Below are positions 17,753-27,460 of a DNA stretch of 64,000 nucleotides, piece by piece. The position numbers and the translations under genes are program-made. The DNA is from an uncultured Oscillospiraceae bacterium (GTDB lineage Bacteria; Bacillota; Clostridia; Oscillospirales; Oscillospiraceae). Location: the NCBI GenBank assembly GCA_947628805.1, contig CANRBG010000002.1, forward strand, positions 11,769-75,768. The letters are read 5' to 3'. The notes under the pieces are model-generated. The model was given only the letters and a program-made list of their open reading frames with translations. It did not search any database and was not told where the DNA came from. The number at the start of each line of letters is the position of its first letter. Position 1 is the first letter of the stretch.

Positions 17753-19846
17753 ATGAGGATCTTGGAGAAAGTATTGGCGGTACTGGTGTGCGTCATGTTT
17801 ATCCTGCTGCTGGCGGGCATGGCGGTCCGGGACCCGGCGGACCCTAACGTAGGACCGGAGATCGCGTCCATCACCTGGGAGGCCGCCGACGGCGGGCCTC
17901 TGGCGGAGGGGGAGGTGACCCTTTCCGATGACGGGACCGTGACCGTGGCGACGGAGCGGGCCGTGATCTTTCATGGAACGGCGGGGGAGGCCCTGGCGGC
18001 CCGGATCGTGATACAGTCCGGCGTCAACGGGGATATCACCCTGGACAATGTGCGCCTGCAGCCCACGCTCACCCAGGAGGGCGAGGGCCTGTCCGCCCTG
18101 GAGCTGGGCGGAGCGCCGGAGGGGGAGCAGACCGTGAAGCTGACCCTGAAAGGGGAGAACATCCTCCGGGGCAGCGGCCCGGCCTCCGCCGTGACCGCCG
18201 GGGAGAATGCCAGGCTGACCATCGCCAGCGTGGACGGCGGCACCCTGGAGGCCGCCGCCGGCGACTGGGATCATCCCGCTTTCGCCGTCGCGCCTACATA
18301 TGATTACGACCATGTGACCGTGGGCAACGATTGGAGCACGGACCCGTCCTCCACCACGGTGGAGAACACCGGCGCCAGCCGGACCGACTGGTCCGGCCTG
18401 CGCTGGGTCAAGACCCAGCCGGTGGAGGGGGCGCGGCTCGTCGTGACCGCCTCAGCGGAAACGGTGGATCTGAACGGCGAGTCCGCCACGGTCTCCTTTA
18501 CCGCCGGCCTGGAGGTCGATACCGCAGGCGGGCCTGTGTATCTGCCGGTGACCGATCCGGTGGCGTGGTCGCTGGAGGGGACGGCAGGCGGCAGCTATAT
18601 TGGGGACGACGGCGTGCTGACTGTGGACCCGGCGGAGATCGCCACGGCCCTGACCGTCACGGCGGTCTGCGGGGACCTTACCGGCACGGCGGCGGTAGCT
18701 GTTATCCCGCCGGCGACGCCGGAGCCTACGCCGGAACCTACACCGGAACCGACCCCGACGCCTACCCCGGAACCCACTCCGACGCCTACCCCGGAACCCA
18801 CTCCGACGCCCACGCCGGAGCCCACGCCGACGCCCACACCGGAGCCGACCCCGACGCCGACGCCGGAACCCACCCCGACGCCCACGCCGGAGCCCACCCC
18901 GACGCCCACGCCGGAACCGACCCCGACGCCTACGCCGGAACCCACCCCGACGCCCACGCCGGAGCCCACCCCGACGCCTACGCCGGAGCCCACCCCGACG
19001 CCTACGCCGGAACCTACCCCGACGCCCACGCCGACCCCGACGCCGACATCTACGCCAACACCCACACCGACCCCGACACCCACGCCCACGCCTGAGGTGC
19101 CCGCGCCCATCAGTGAGCCCACGGACACGCCGGAGCCTACGGCGACGCCCACGCCCACCCCGGAGCCTACGCCCACGCCCACACTGACGCCGGTGAACGA
19201 TGTGCCGGGCGAGGTGACCCAGGAGACGGGCACGCCTGCCATAGCGCTGCCGGGCGGGGACGTGCTGGCCCAGGCTGTTCTGACAGAGGCGGACCGGCAG
19301 CTTGCCGCCACGGGCTCGGCCGTGTCCGTAGAACTGAATGTGCGGGCCAAGCAGGCCACGGCGGCGGAGGCGGAGCAGGTGACCGCGGCCGCCAGGGCCC
19401 TGGCCGGTGAGGTCACGGTGGCGGACTACCTGGATGTGACGCTCTTCAAGAGCATAGGCGGGACCCAGACGGTGGTGGACGGACAGCTTGCCGGCCCGAT
19501 CCGGCTGGTGATCCAGGTCCCGGAGGATCTGCGGAGCGCGGAGCGGACCTTCGCGATCGTGCGGGTCCATGACGGCGAAGCGTCGCTGCTGCCGGATCTG
19601 GACACGGACCCCAACACGGTGACCGTCGCCACCGACCGGTTCTCCCTGTACGCGCTGGTATACGCGGCCCCCGCGCCCACGGCGGCGCCCACAGCCACGC
19701 CCACGGCCACGCCGGCCCCGGCGGCAACGTCGGCCCCCACAGGGGATGAAAACGGCGACCCGGCGGCCTATCTGGCCCTGCTGGCCTTCTGCGCCGTGGC
19801 TCTGACGGCGGTGACGCTGATAATGACCAAGCGGCGCAAGGGATAA
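17753..19846 (+). CDS. Surface protein with N-terminal signal/anchor, Big_2-like Ig domain, long PT linker and C-terminal sorting signal
   Basis: ATG at 17753 follows GGAGGA. Hydrophobic N-terminus; Ig-like segment ([20 protein letters not shown]...[16 protein letters not shown]). PEPTPTPT array. C-terminus has SAPTGDE (19730-19750), a hydrophobic helix and a KRRKG tail. Confidence 0.8.
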   Translation: MRILEKVLAVLVCVMFILLLAGMAVRDPADPNVGPEIASITWEAADGGPLAEGEVTLSDDGTVTVATERAVIFHGTAGEALAARIVIQSGVNGDITLDNVRLQPTLTQEGEGLSALELGGAPEGEQTVKLTLKGENILRGSGPASAVTAGENARLTIASVDGGTLEAAAGDWDHPAFAVAPTYDYDHVTVGNDWSTDPSSTTVENTGASRTDWSGLRWVKTQPVEGARLVVTASAETVDLNGESATVSFTAGLEVDTAGGPVYLPVTDPVAWSLEGTAGGSYIGDDGVLTVDPAEIATALTVTAVCGDLTGTAAVAVIPPATPEPTPEPTPEPTPTPTPEPTPTPTPEPTPTPTPEPTPTPTPEPTPTPTPEPTPTPTPEPTPTPTPEPTPTPTPEPTPTPTPEPTPTPTPEPTPTPTPEPTPTPTPTPTPTSTPTPTPTPTPTPTPEVPAPISEPTDTPEPTATPTPTPEPTPTPTLTPVNDVPGEVTQETGTPAIALPGGDVLAQAVLTEADRQLAATGSAVSVELNVRAKQATAAEAEQVTAAARALAGEVTVADYLDVTLFKSIGGTQTVVDGQLAGPIRLVIQVPEDLRSAERTFAIVRVHDGEASLLPDLDTDPNTVTVATDRFSLYALVYAAPAPTAAPTATPTATPAPAATSAPTGDENGDPAAYLALLAFCAVALTAVTLIMTKRRKG
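18743..19032 (+). repeat. In-frame 24-bp tandem repeat, 12 copies (PEPTPTPT), within a wider PT-rich tract 18706-19195
   Basis: The ccggaRcc unit recurs at exact 24-nt spacing from 18745 to 19009, with synonymous third-base variation between copies. Confidence 0.9.
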
Positions 19847-19865
19847 AGCAAATAACATAACAGCA

Positions 19866-19889
19866 ACGCCCCGCCGAAAGGCGGGGCGT
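19866..19889. terminator. GC-rich hairpin between convergent genes (weak T-tail)
   Basis: acgccccgcc gaaa ggcggggcgt; no strong U-run on either strand. Confidence 0.45.
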
Positions 19890-19899
19890 GTCTGCGTCT

Positions 19900-21732
19900 T
19901 TATGCCAGCTTTACGTTGTATTTGCGCATCCAGTAGTCCACCTGCAGCATGTAGGCGATGGTCTGGGGGGTGGTCATGAGCTGGCCGTACCAGGGCTGGG
20001 ATTTGTCGTCATCCAGCAGGGCCAGCAGGGCATCCCGGCGCATGAGCTGCGTCAGGGGAGAGGACCTATCCGCCAGCACCGCCCGGAGCCTGCGGGAGAC
20101 CTCCTGCATATAGGCGGGATTGTGGGTCTTGGGGTAGGGGCTTTTTTTCCGCCAGAGCACCTCCCCGGGCAGATAGTCCCGCATGGCCTGGCGAAGCAGG
20201 CCCTTTTCGTAGTGGCGCAGGTCTTTCCACTCCCAGGGCACGGAATAGAGGTATTCCGCGATCCGGTGGTCGCAGAAGGGCACCCGGACCTCCAGAGCAC
20301 TGTACATGCTCATGCGGTCCTTCCGGTCCAGCAGGGTCTGCATGAACCAGTCGGTGTTCAGACGCATCATCTCCCGCATCCGCTTATCGGTGGGGCTGTC
20401 GGTATCCAGGGTATCCGTGTCGGAGATGGTCATGCGGTACTTCTCCATCACGTACTCCCGGGGGTCCAGGCCCTGGGCGTGCTCCGGCAGCAGGAACCCG
20501 GCCCGGTACTGGATGGACTGGGCCCAGGGGAAACCCTCCGCCATGCGGATCTTCTCGTCCCGGTACCAGGGGTAGCCGCCGAAGATCTCGTCGGCGCACT
20601 CCCCGGAAAGGGCCACGGTCACGTGCTTTTTGATGTGCTTGCAGAACTGGACCAGGGACGAGTCCACGTCGCTCATGCCGGGCAGGTCCCGGGCGTCCAC
20701 CGCCTCGTAAAGCCCGTCGGCCAGCTCCAGGGTGTCCAGCACGGTCAGGTGGCTCTCGCAGCCCAGCCAGTCCACAAGCCCGGGGATGAACAGGGTGTCG
20801 CTAGTGGGCTGGAATCTCGTCTCGTGGAAGTAGGCAAGGTGGTCCTTGTAATCCACGGAGAAGGTGTGCAGCGGCAGACCCCGGGCTTTCATGTGCAGGT
20901 TGGCGATGGAACAGATGATCCCCGAGTCCAGGCCCCCGGACAGGAATGTGCCGATGGGCACGTCGCTGACAAGCTGGCGCTCGATGGCGTCCGTGACCAG
21001 AAAGCGCACCGTGTCCACGGTGGTCTGCAGATCGTCGGTGTGCTCCCGGGCCTTCAGCATCCAATACCGCTCGGTCCGCAGGCCGTTTTCGTCGAACCAG
21101 CCCCGCCAGCCGGGCCGCAGCTCCTCCACGTCCTTAAAGACCCCTTGGCCGGGCGTGCGGCCGGGGCCGGTCAGGACGATCTCCAGCACGCCCTCCCGGT
21201 CCAGGACTGGCTCTACCGCCGGATGGGCCAGCAGACCCTTGATCTCCGAGGCGAACAGGAATGTATCGCCCCGCAGAGCGTAGAAAAATGGCTTCACACC
21301 CATCCGGTCCCGGGCCATGAACAGCCGCCGTTCCGCCGCGTCCCACACGGCGAAGGCGAAGATGCCGTTAAACTTATCCACGCAGGCCCCGCCCCACTGG
21401 ATGAAGCTTTTCAGGACCACCTCCGTGTCGGAATGGCCGGCAAAGGTATGGCCCAGGGCGGCCAGCTCCGCGCGGATCTCGTCGGTGTTGTACAGTTCCC
21501 CATTATACACCAGCGTATAGGACCGGGGCCCCAACCCCACGGTCATGGGCTGTCGGCCGTTCTCTACGTCGATGACGCAAAGACGGTTATGTAAGAGAGC
21601 CGCGTTTTCCGTCACATAGGTCCCGTGCTGGTCCGGCCCCCGGCTGACCATGGACCGCTGCATGGCGGCGAATACCGCCCCCTGGTCCCGCAAATCCTTT
21701 GCAAAGTCGATCACTCCCGCGATGGAACACAT
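19900..21732 (-). CDS. asnB: Asparagine synthase (glutamine-hydrolysing)
   Basis: MCSIAGV N-terminus (Cys2 nucleophile of class-II amidotransferases) and SGGLDSG PP-loop. The ORF-track start at 21768 adds 12 aa before the obligatory Met-Cys. Confidence 0.9.
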   Translation of the reverse strand: MCSIAGVIDFAKDLRDQGAVFAAMQRSMVSRGPDQHGTYVTENAALLHNRLCVIDVENGRQPMTVGLGPRSYTLVYNGELYNTDEIRAELAALGHTFAGHSDTEVVLKSFIQWGGACVDKFNGIFAFAVWDAAERRLFMARDRMGVKPFFYALRGDTFLFASEIKGLLAHPAVEPVLDREGVLEIVLTGPGRTPGQGVFKDVEELRPGWRGWFDENGLRTERYWMLKAREHTDDLQTTVDTVRFLVTDAIERQLVSDVPIGTFLSGGLDSGIICSIANLHMKARGLPLHTFSVDYKDHLAYFHETRFQPTSDTLFIPGLVDWLGCESHLTVLDTLELADGLYEAVDARDLPGMSDVDSSLVQFCKHIKKHVTVALSGECADEIFGGYPWYRDEKIRMAEGFPWAQSIQYRAGFLLPEHAQGLDPREYVMEKYRMTISDTDTLDTDSPTDKRMREMMRLNTDWFMQTLLDRKDRMSMYSALEVRVPFCDHRIAEYLYSVPWEWKDLRHYEKGLLRQAMRDYLPGEVLWRKKSPYPKTHNPAYMQEVSRRLRAVLADRSSPLTQLMRRDALLALLDDDKSQPWYGQLMTTPQTIAYMLQVDYWMRKYNVKLA

Positions 21733-21760
21733 ATCCAGATCACCCCATTCGGCAAAATGA

Positions 21761-21790
21761 AAAGGCACGCTGCGTCTCGCGTGCCTTTTG
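21761..21790 (-). terminator. Hairpin terminator/attenuator between obg and asnB
   Basis: ggcacgc / gcgtgcc stem flanked by AAAA and TTTT. It lies only about 29 nt upstream of the asnB ATG. Confidence 0.6.
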
Positions 21791-21831
21791 TCTGTTCATG
21801 TCAGTATATGCGGTTTTGGCAAATGGGTGCG

Positions 21832-23112
21832 TCAGGAGTAGTATTCAAATTCCAGTTCCGCGATGGAGATGGTGTCCCCGTCGGAGAGGCCCATGGCCTC
21901 CATCCGGTCATAGACCCCGGCCTGGCGGAGCTTCCGGTCCAGGTACATGCGGGATTCGTAGTCGGCGAAATTCACCCGGGCCACCAGCCGGTCCAGCCAG
22001 TCCCCCTGGATGAGCCACACATCGCCCTCCTTGCGTATGGTAAGGTCCTCCGCCGTGCCAAGCTGTACCTCCGGGGCCACGTAATCCGGCTCGTACACCG
22101 TGGCGGGGGGCAGGTCCCTCAGCCGGGCCGCCGCCGCGTATATGAGCTCCCGCAGCCCCTGGTGGGCCGCAGCGGAGATCTCGAATACCGGGCAGCCCTT
22201 GGCCTGGACATGGGCCTTGAACCGGGCCAGAGCGTCGCTGCCGGGGGGCAGCAGGTCGCACTTGTTGGCGGCTACCAGCTGGGGCCGGGCGGCCAGAGCG
22301 GCGTCATACTCGGCAAGCTCCCCGTTGATGGCCTCAAAATCCTCAATGGGGTCCCGGCCCTCCGAGCCGGAAACGTCCACCACATGGATCAGAAGCCGGC
22401 ACCGGTCGATATGCCGCAGAAAGTCGTGGCCCAGGCCCGCGCCCTGGCTGGCCCCCTCGATGATGCCCGGAATGTCCGCCAGCACGAAGGAAGACTGGTC
22501 CCCGGCGTACACCACCCCCAGGTTGGGGAACAATGTGGTGAAAGGATAGTCCGCGATCTTGGGATGGGCCCGGCTGACCACGGAGAGCAGGGTGGACTTG
22601 CCCACGTTGGGAAATCCCACCAGCCCCACGTCCGCCAGCAGCTTCAGTTCCAGCACTACCTCCCGCTCCTCGCCGGGCAGGCCGGGCTTGGCGAAGCGGG
22701 GGGTCTGGCGGGTGGGGGTGGCGAAATGCTTGTTTCCCCAGCCGCCCCGGCCGCCCCTGGCCAGGACGAAGCTGTCCGTGGCGGACATGTCCTGGATGAC
22801 GGTGCCGGTGGCCTTGTCCCGTATAAGGGTGCCCTTTGGCACCCGCAGGATCACGTCCTGGCCGTCCTTGCCGGAGCAGCGCTTGCCCTGGCCGGGCATA
22901 CCGTCGGTGGCGATGAATTTGCGCTTATAGCGAAAGTCCAGCAGGGTGGACATGTTTGGGTCGGCCCGGACGATGATGTCCCCGCCACGGCCCCCGTCGC
23001 CCCCGTCGGGACCGCCGGAGGCCACGTATTTCTCCCGGTGGAAGGCCACGGCCCCCTGGCCGCCGCTGCCGGCCCGTACCTGGATGGTCACTTTGTCAAC
23101 AAAATTGGTCAT
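21832..23112 (-). CDS. obg: GTPase Obg/CgtA
   Basis: Gly-rich Obg fold (GGDGGRGGDI), G1 GFPNVGKST, and a C-terminal OCT domain. Confidence 0.95.
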   Translation of the reverse strand: MTNFVDKVTIQVRAGSGGQGAVAFHREKYVASGGPDGGDGGRGGDIIVRADPNMSTLLDFRYKRKFIATDGMPGQGKRCSGKDGQDVILRVPKGTLIRDKATGTVIQDMSATDSFVLARGGRGGWGNKHFATPTRQTPRFAKPGLPGEEREVVLELKLLADVGLVGFPNVGKSTLLSVVSRAHPKIADYPFTTLFPNLGVVYAGDQSSFVLADIPGIIEGASQGAGLGHDFLRHIDRCRLLIHVVDVSGSEGRDPIEDFEAINGELAEYDAALAARPQLVAANKCDLLPPGSDALARFKAHVQAKGCPVFEISAAAHQGLRELIYAAAARLRDLPPATVYEPDYVAPEVQLGTAEDLTIRKEGDVWLIQGDWLDRLVARVNFADYESRMYLDRKLRQAGVYDRMEAMGLSDGDTISIAELEFEYYS

Positions 23113-23140
23113 ATCGGATCACCTGTGGGTAGGATACCCA

Positions 23141-23176
23141 AAATAAAAGCGGGGCGGTCTTGCAAAACCGCCCCGT
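23141..23176 (-). terminator. Terminator/attenuator between rpmA and obg
   Basis: On the minus strand: acggggcggt...accgccccgc stem followed by TTTTATTTT. It lies about 28 nt upstream of the obg ATG. Confidence 0.7.
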
Positions 23177-23185
23177 CATGTTCGC

Positions 23186-23446
23186 TTACTGCTGGACCTC
23201 GTACACGGAGACCTTTTTCCGATCGGCGCCGTAACGCTCGAACTTCACGATGCCGTCCGCCTTGGCGTACAGCGTGTCGTCGCCGCCGATACCCACGTTG
23301 GTGCCGGGGTGGATCTTGGTGCCGCGCTGGCGAACAAGGATGTTGCCGGCCAGGACGAACTGACCGTCAGCCCGCTTGGCGCCCAGACGCTTGGAATTAC
23401 TGTCGCGACCGTTTTTGGTGGAGCCGCCGCCCTTTTTGTGTGCCAT
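23186..23446 (-). CDS. rpmA: 50S ribosomal protein L27 (no N-terminal propeptide)
   Basis: [22 protein letters not shown]... ATG at 23446 is preceded by GGGAGGG. The listed longer ORF start lies upstream of that RBS and overlaps the end of rplU. Confidence 0.9.
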   Translation of the reverse strand: MAHKKGGGSTKNGRDSNSKRLGAKRADGQFVLAGNILVRQRGTKIHPGTNVGIGGDDTLYAKADGIVKFERYGADRKKVSVYEVQQ

Positions 23447-23465
23447 TTCCTGTTTCCCTCCCTGT

Positions 23466-23777
23466 TCAGCCGATGGCGCCGATCTCAACCTTGGTGTAAG
23501 GCTGACGATGGCCCTGGGTCTTGCGATAGCCCTTCTTGGGCTTCATGTGATAGACGCGAATCTTCTTGCTCTTGCCCTGCTTCACCACGGTGCCGGTAAC
23601 GGTCCGGCCCTCGATGTAGGGCGCGCCGAAGGTGTTCTCACCCTCGCCGGTGACCGCCAGGACCTTGTCAAAGGTCACGGTGGCGCCGGCCTCGGCATCC
23701 AGCTTTTCCACGAAGATCACGTCGCCGGCGGTCACGCGGTACTGCTTGCCGCCCGTCTCGATGATAGCGTACTTCAT
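23466..23777 (-). CDS. rplU: 50S ribosomal protein L21
   Basis: [15 protein letters not shown]... is the canonical L21 N-terminus. Confidence 0.95.
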   Translation of the reverse strand: MKYAIIETGGKQYRVTAGDVIFVEKLDAEAGATVTFDKVLAVTGEGENTFGAPYIEGRTVTGTVVKQGKSKKIRVYHMKPKKGYRKTQGHRQPYTKVEIGAIG

Positions 23778-24014
23778 TGTATGATCTTCCTTCCTTTCGG
23801 GCTCGCTGTCCCGGGTGCAGGCGTACCTGACTTGATGACCCTTTCAATGCGGCTAAAATATGTTAGCACTAAAACGCTTGAAAGTCAACACAAAGTCAAC
23901 ACTTTTTTATAATGATTTGACTGTACGGCCGGCCTACGGTAATATTTTGCGGGAAAGTGAGATATCTCCGCCCAAAAGGGTACTGTTCAGGTGAGCACGG
24001 AAGGAGGCGAGGAC

Positions 24015-24572
24015 ATGGAGGACGGGCAGATCATCGCGCTGCTCGATGCGCGCGCGGAGCAGGCGATCGACGCGCTGGAGGCGAAGTACGGCCCCCTGGC
24101 CCGGCGGGTGGCCATGAACATATTGCACAGCGAGGCCGACGCGGAGGAGTGCGTCAACGACGCGCTTCTGGCGGCCTGGGACACCATCCCGCCCCAGCGA
24201 CCGGAGAGCCTGGGGGCGTACATGTGCCGGCTGGCCCGGAACCGGGCCGCCGCCCGCTATCGGGCCAACACCGCCCAAAAGCGCAACAGCTTTTACGACG
24301 CGGCCTTGGACGAGCTGGCCGAATGCATCCCCGGGCACGAGGACCCATCGTCCCTGGCCGAAGCCCGGGAGACGGCAGCCGCCGTCAACGCCTTTCTGGA
24401 CACGCTGAACTACACGGACCGGTTTTTGTTCCTGCGCCGGTATTGGTACGGGGACAGTCTGGCTGAGACGGCGGCCATGGCCCGCCTCAGCCCCCACCGG
24501 GCCTCGGTACGGCTGTCCCGCGTGCGGACGAAACTGAAACAGTATTTGAAAAAGGAGGGTCTGATACCATGA
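24015..24572 (+). CDS. ECF-type sigma-70 family RNA polymerase sigma factor
   Basis: Region 2 (ECVNDALLAAW) and region 4 HTH (SLAETAAMARLSPHRASVRLSRVR). ATG follows GGAAGGAGG. Confidence 0.85.
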   Translation: MEDGQIIALLDARAEQAIDALEAKYGPLARRVAMNILHSEADAEECVNDALLAAWDTIPPQRPESLGAYMCRLARNRAAARYRANTAQKRNSFYDAALDELAECIPGHEDPSSLAEARETAAAVNAFLDTLNYTDRFLFLRRYWYGDSLAETAAMARLSPHRASVRLSRVRTKLKQYLKKEGLIP

Positions 24573-25726
24573 ATCGGGAGTATCTCTGGCAGGTCCTGGA
24601 CCGGGTGGACGACCGGCATATCGCCGCCGCCATGCGCTTTGAGCCCAGGGACCCATCCGCCCTCCGGGAAAGGAGAACGGATATGAAACGAACCCATACC
24701 TATGCCCGCCGGCCGGTGAAGCGGCTGGCCCTGGCAGCCCTGGCCGCCGCGCTGGTCCTGGCCCTGGGCGTCACAGCCTACGCCGCCGGATGGCTGGATT
24801 CCATCTTCGGCCAGGCGGCGCGGATGATCAACACCAACGACGGGTCCGAGGACCGGGTGGAGGCCGCCGCCGAGGCGGTGGCCGAGAGTCCACAGGCGCC
24901 GGAGAGCCAGCCTCTGCCCGCCTTTGACGGCAGCAAGCTGACTTTGAAAGAGAGTTATTACGACGGCCAGGGGCTGCTGCTGGGGGTGGACCTGGATGCG
25001 GCCAGACCGGACCCGGTGGTGGGCTATGAGCCGGACCAGGCCCTTTTGGAGCGGATCACGGAGCCAAACCAGACATACCAGCTCTATTACTCCACCCGGG
25101 AGGACCTGGAAGAGATGCGCCAAAGCATCGAGGAGAATTACCAGGGCACGGCGGACTATGACGATCTGATGGCCCAGATCGACAGGCAGGAGGCCCTGCT
25201 GGCCGCCGGGGACCCGGACGATCTGGACGTGGAGCTGGACGCGGGTTCTATCACCCGGGAGCAGTACGACGACATCATGGCCCTGCGGTCGGAGCGGGCC
25301 GCCGGGGCGGGGCTCCACTACGAGAGCGCCATTTGGCTGGACGCGTTCCTCAAGCAGGAGCTCACCGAAGAGGACTATGCCGAATTCTGGGATATCCTGG
25401 AGCGCGACGGCGGGGCCTGCGTGGTGATAGAGGACCTGTACGTGGGCGACCACATGCTGGCGGAGGACGACGTGGACTTGGCGGCCATGCAGACTGGCGT
25501 GGAGGGGGGCGCCTTCGTGGAGGCCCAGTCTGACGCGGCGGGGAAGGGATATCTGACCGCCGATTTGCCGGAGGCGCTGCGGGACCTGGACGAGATCCAC
25601 GTCCGGCTGAAGGTCAAGGGCGGGCCCGTGTACTACTACATGACCCTGGACGGCCGGGCCTATGCCCTGCACGACCAGGCGGAGGAACAGCTCGTGCCCT
25701 TCACCATCCCCAACAGCGCGCAATAA
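24569..25726 (+). CDS. Putative single-pass membrane anti-sigma factor with acidic extracytoplasmic domain
   Basis: ATGA overlap with the sigma gene. N-terminal LDRVDDRHIAAA motif; one TM (LALAALAAALVLALGVTAYAA); about 290-aa D/E-rich C-terminal region with no domain I recognise. Confidence 0.6.
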   Translation: MNREYLWQVLDRVDDRHIAAAMRFEPRDPSALRERRTDMKRTHTYARRPVKRLALAALAAALVLALGVTAYAAGWLDSIFGQAARMINTNDGSEDRVEAAAEAVAESPQAPESQPLPAFDGSKLTLKESYYDGQGLLLGVDLDAARPDPVVGYEPDQALLERITEPNQTYQLYYSTREDLEEMRQSIEENYQGTADYDDLMAQIDRQEALLAAGDPDDLDVELDAGSITREQYDDIMALRSERAAGAGLHYESAIWLDAFLKQELTEEDYAEFWDILERDGGACVVIEDLYVGDHMLAEDDVDLAAMQTGVEGGAFVEAQSDAAGKGYLTADLPEALRDLDEIHVRLKVKGGPVYYYMTLDGRAYALHDQAEEQLVPFTIPNSAQ

Positions 25727-25744
25727 CGCCCAAGACAAATGCGA

Positions 25745-25778
25745 ACCGCCCGGAGCTTTGCTCCGGGCGGTCATTTTA
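25745..25778 (+). terminator. Terminator after the anti-sigma gene
   Basis: accgcccggagc tttg ctccgggcggt followed by CATTTTAT. Confidence 0.7.
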
Positions 25779-25785
25779 TGTGGTT

Positions 25786-26268
25786 TTACAAAAGTTCCTT
25801 GCCCTGTTTGCCGGTGATGTGGTCCGGCGTGATCTCAAAGCAGGCGAGCCTTGGCAGGTCCTTTTCGACCTCCGCCTTCACCGCCTCGGGCACGGGGTAG
25901 TATTTCATGCCCAGGGCGTAGGCGGCGTCCGTCAGTTCTTGCCCCTCCAGGACCCGGACGTAGCCGAACACCACCGCGCTGCGGTAGGCGTCCGTCAGTT
26001 TTTCCGGCAGGATCTCGTCCCGGTCGATCACGCAGAAGCTGACCTTCCCGTCCCGGGCCATGGCGTCGAATTTGTGGCCGGCTTTGGCTCCGTGGAAGTA
26101 GATCTTCCCGTCTTTCCAGACGTAATTGACCGGCACGGCGTAGGGGTAGCCCCCGTCGCCGTTCACCGCCAGGACCCCGGTCTTGCCCCTTTGCAAAATG
26201 GCCTCCGTCTCCTGGTCGGATAGCTGCTGCCGTACGCGCCGCATGGGGCGGAAATCGTCCTCAGGCAT
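25786..26268 (-). CDS. Pyridoxamine 5'-phosphate oxidase-family (FMN-binding split barrel) protein
   Basis: 160 aa, MRRVRQQLSDQETEAILQRGKTGVLAV...YPYAVPVNYV pattern. Overlaps the ackA 3' end by 8 nt. Confidence 0.75.
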   Translation of the reverse strand: MPEDDFRPMRRVRQQLSDQETEAILQRGKTGVLAVNGDGGYPYAVPVNYVWKDGKIYFHGAKAGHKFDAMARDGKVSFCVIDRDEILPEKLTDAYRSAVVFGYVRVLEGQELTDAAYALGMKYYPVPEAVKAEVEKDLPRLACFEITPDHITGKQGKELL

Positions 26269-27460
26269 TTTCCACCAGCTCTTTTGTGTCCCGGGCGATG
26301 ACCAGTTCCTCGTTGGTGGGGATCACCATGACCTTCACCTTGCTGTCGGCGGTGGAGATAAAGGTCTCCTGGCCCCGCTTGGCGTTGCAGTTGGGGCAGA
26401 TCTCCACGCCCAGATAGCCCAGATACTGGCCGATGCCGGCCCGGCAGGCGGCGTCGTTCTCGCCCACGCCGGCGGTGAAGATGATGCCGTCCACGCCGTT
26501 CATGGCAGCGGCGTAGGCCCCGATGGTCTTGGCAACGGCGTACTGGAACATCTCCAGAGCCAGAGCGGCCCGCTCGTTGCCCTCGCCGGCGGCTTTCGTC
26601 AGGTCCCGGAAGTCGGAGCTGACGCCGGACACGCCCAGCACGCCGGACTTCTTGTTCAGCTCGTTGGTGACGGTGGTCACGTCCTTGCCGGTGTTCTGGC
26701 AGACATAGTCGGGGATGGACACGTCGATATCCCCGCAGCGGGTGCCCATGGGCAGACCAGCGATGGGGGTGAAGCCCATGGAGGTGTCCACGCTCCTGCC
26801 CCCGTCGATGGCGCAGATGGAGCTGCCGTTGCCCATGTGGCAGGAGATGAGCTTCAGCTCTTCGATGGGCTTGCCCATCATCTCTGCGGCCCGGGCGGAC
26901 ACGTACCGGTGGCTGGTGCCGTGGAAGCCGTAGCGGCGGATCTGCAGGTCCTTGTAATACTCATAGGGGACGGCGTACATATAGGCCTTGCCGGGCATGG
27001 TCTGGTGGAAGGCGGTGTCGAACACGGCCACCTGGGGCACGTCGCCCATGACGGCCTTGCAGGCCTCGATGCCGGTGATGTTGGCAGGGTTGTGCAGGGG
27101 GGCCAGGGGCACGCACTCGGCGATGGCGGCCATCACGTCGTCGTTGATGACCACGGAGGAGGCGAATTTCTCGCCCCCGTGGACCACCCGGTGGCCCACC
27201 GCGCCGATCTCGTCCATGCCGGACACCACGCCGTATTCCGGGCAGGTCAGCTTTTCCAGCACCGCCGCGATGGCCTCGGTGTGGGTGGGCAGGGGCAGGT
27301 CCTCGTCAAAGACAGGCTTGCCGTTCTGGGGCTGGTGCTTCAGATGGCCGTCGATGCCGATGCGCTCGCACAAGCCCTTGGCCAGCAGGGACTCGTCGTC
27401 CATGTCCAGAAGCTGATATTTCAGAGAGGAACTGCCGCAGTTGATCACAAGAATTTTCAT
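26261..27460 (-). CDS. ackA: Acetate kinase
   Basis: MKILVINCGSSSLKYQL..., RYGFHGTSH, and GIIFTAGVGEN motifs. Confidence 0.95.
   Translation of the reverse strand: MKILVINCGSSSLKYQLLDMDDESLLAKGLCERIGIDGHLKHQPQNGKPVFDEDLPLPTHTEAIAAVLEKLTCPEYGVVSGMDEIGAVGHRVVHGGEKFASSVVINDDVMAAIAECVPLAPLHNPANITGIEACKAVMGDVPQVAVFDTAFHQTMPGKAYMYAVPYEYYKDLQIRRYGFHGTSHRYVSARAAEMMGKPIEELKLISCHMGNGSSICAIDGGRSVDTSMGFTPIAGLPMGTRCGDIDVSIPDYVCQNTGKDVTTVTNELNKKSGVLGVSGVSSDFRDLTKAAGEGNERAALALEMFQYAVAKTIGAYAAAMNGVDGIIFTAGVGENDAACRAGIGQYLGYLGVEICPNCNAKRGQETFISTADSKVKVMVIPTNEELVIARDTKELVENA

Noticed and set aside
18331-19858. Alternative-frame ORFs over the PT repeat, and the possibility that the regular repeats are a CRISPR array
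   Set aside because: The 24-bp units are contiguous with no spacers, are in frame, and encode PEPTPTPT within a protein that has a signal peptide and sorting signal. The other frames give poly-(RRG)/(GVG) nonsense.
21733-21768. 12-codon N-terminal extension of asnB in the ORF track
   Set aside because: Class-II glutamine amidotransferases need Cys directly after the initiator Met. The MCSIAG start at 21732 has a GGGGTGA RBS.
19888-23499. 568-aa and 624-aa plus-strand ORFs
   Set aside because: They are antisense to asnB, obg and rpmA. Their translations are H/G/P/V/Q-rich with no recognisable domain.
23778-23930. Possible L21-leader RNA and promoter upstream of rplU (duplicated GTTGACTTT on the minus strand)
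   Set aside because: I could not verify the conserved leader structure by eye. It needs a covariance-model scan (Rfam L21_leader).
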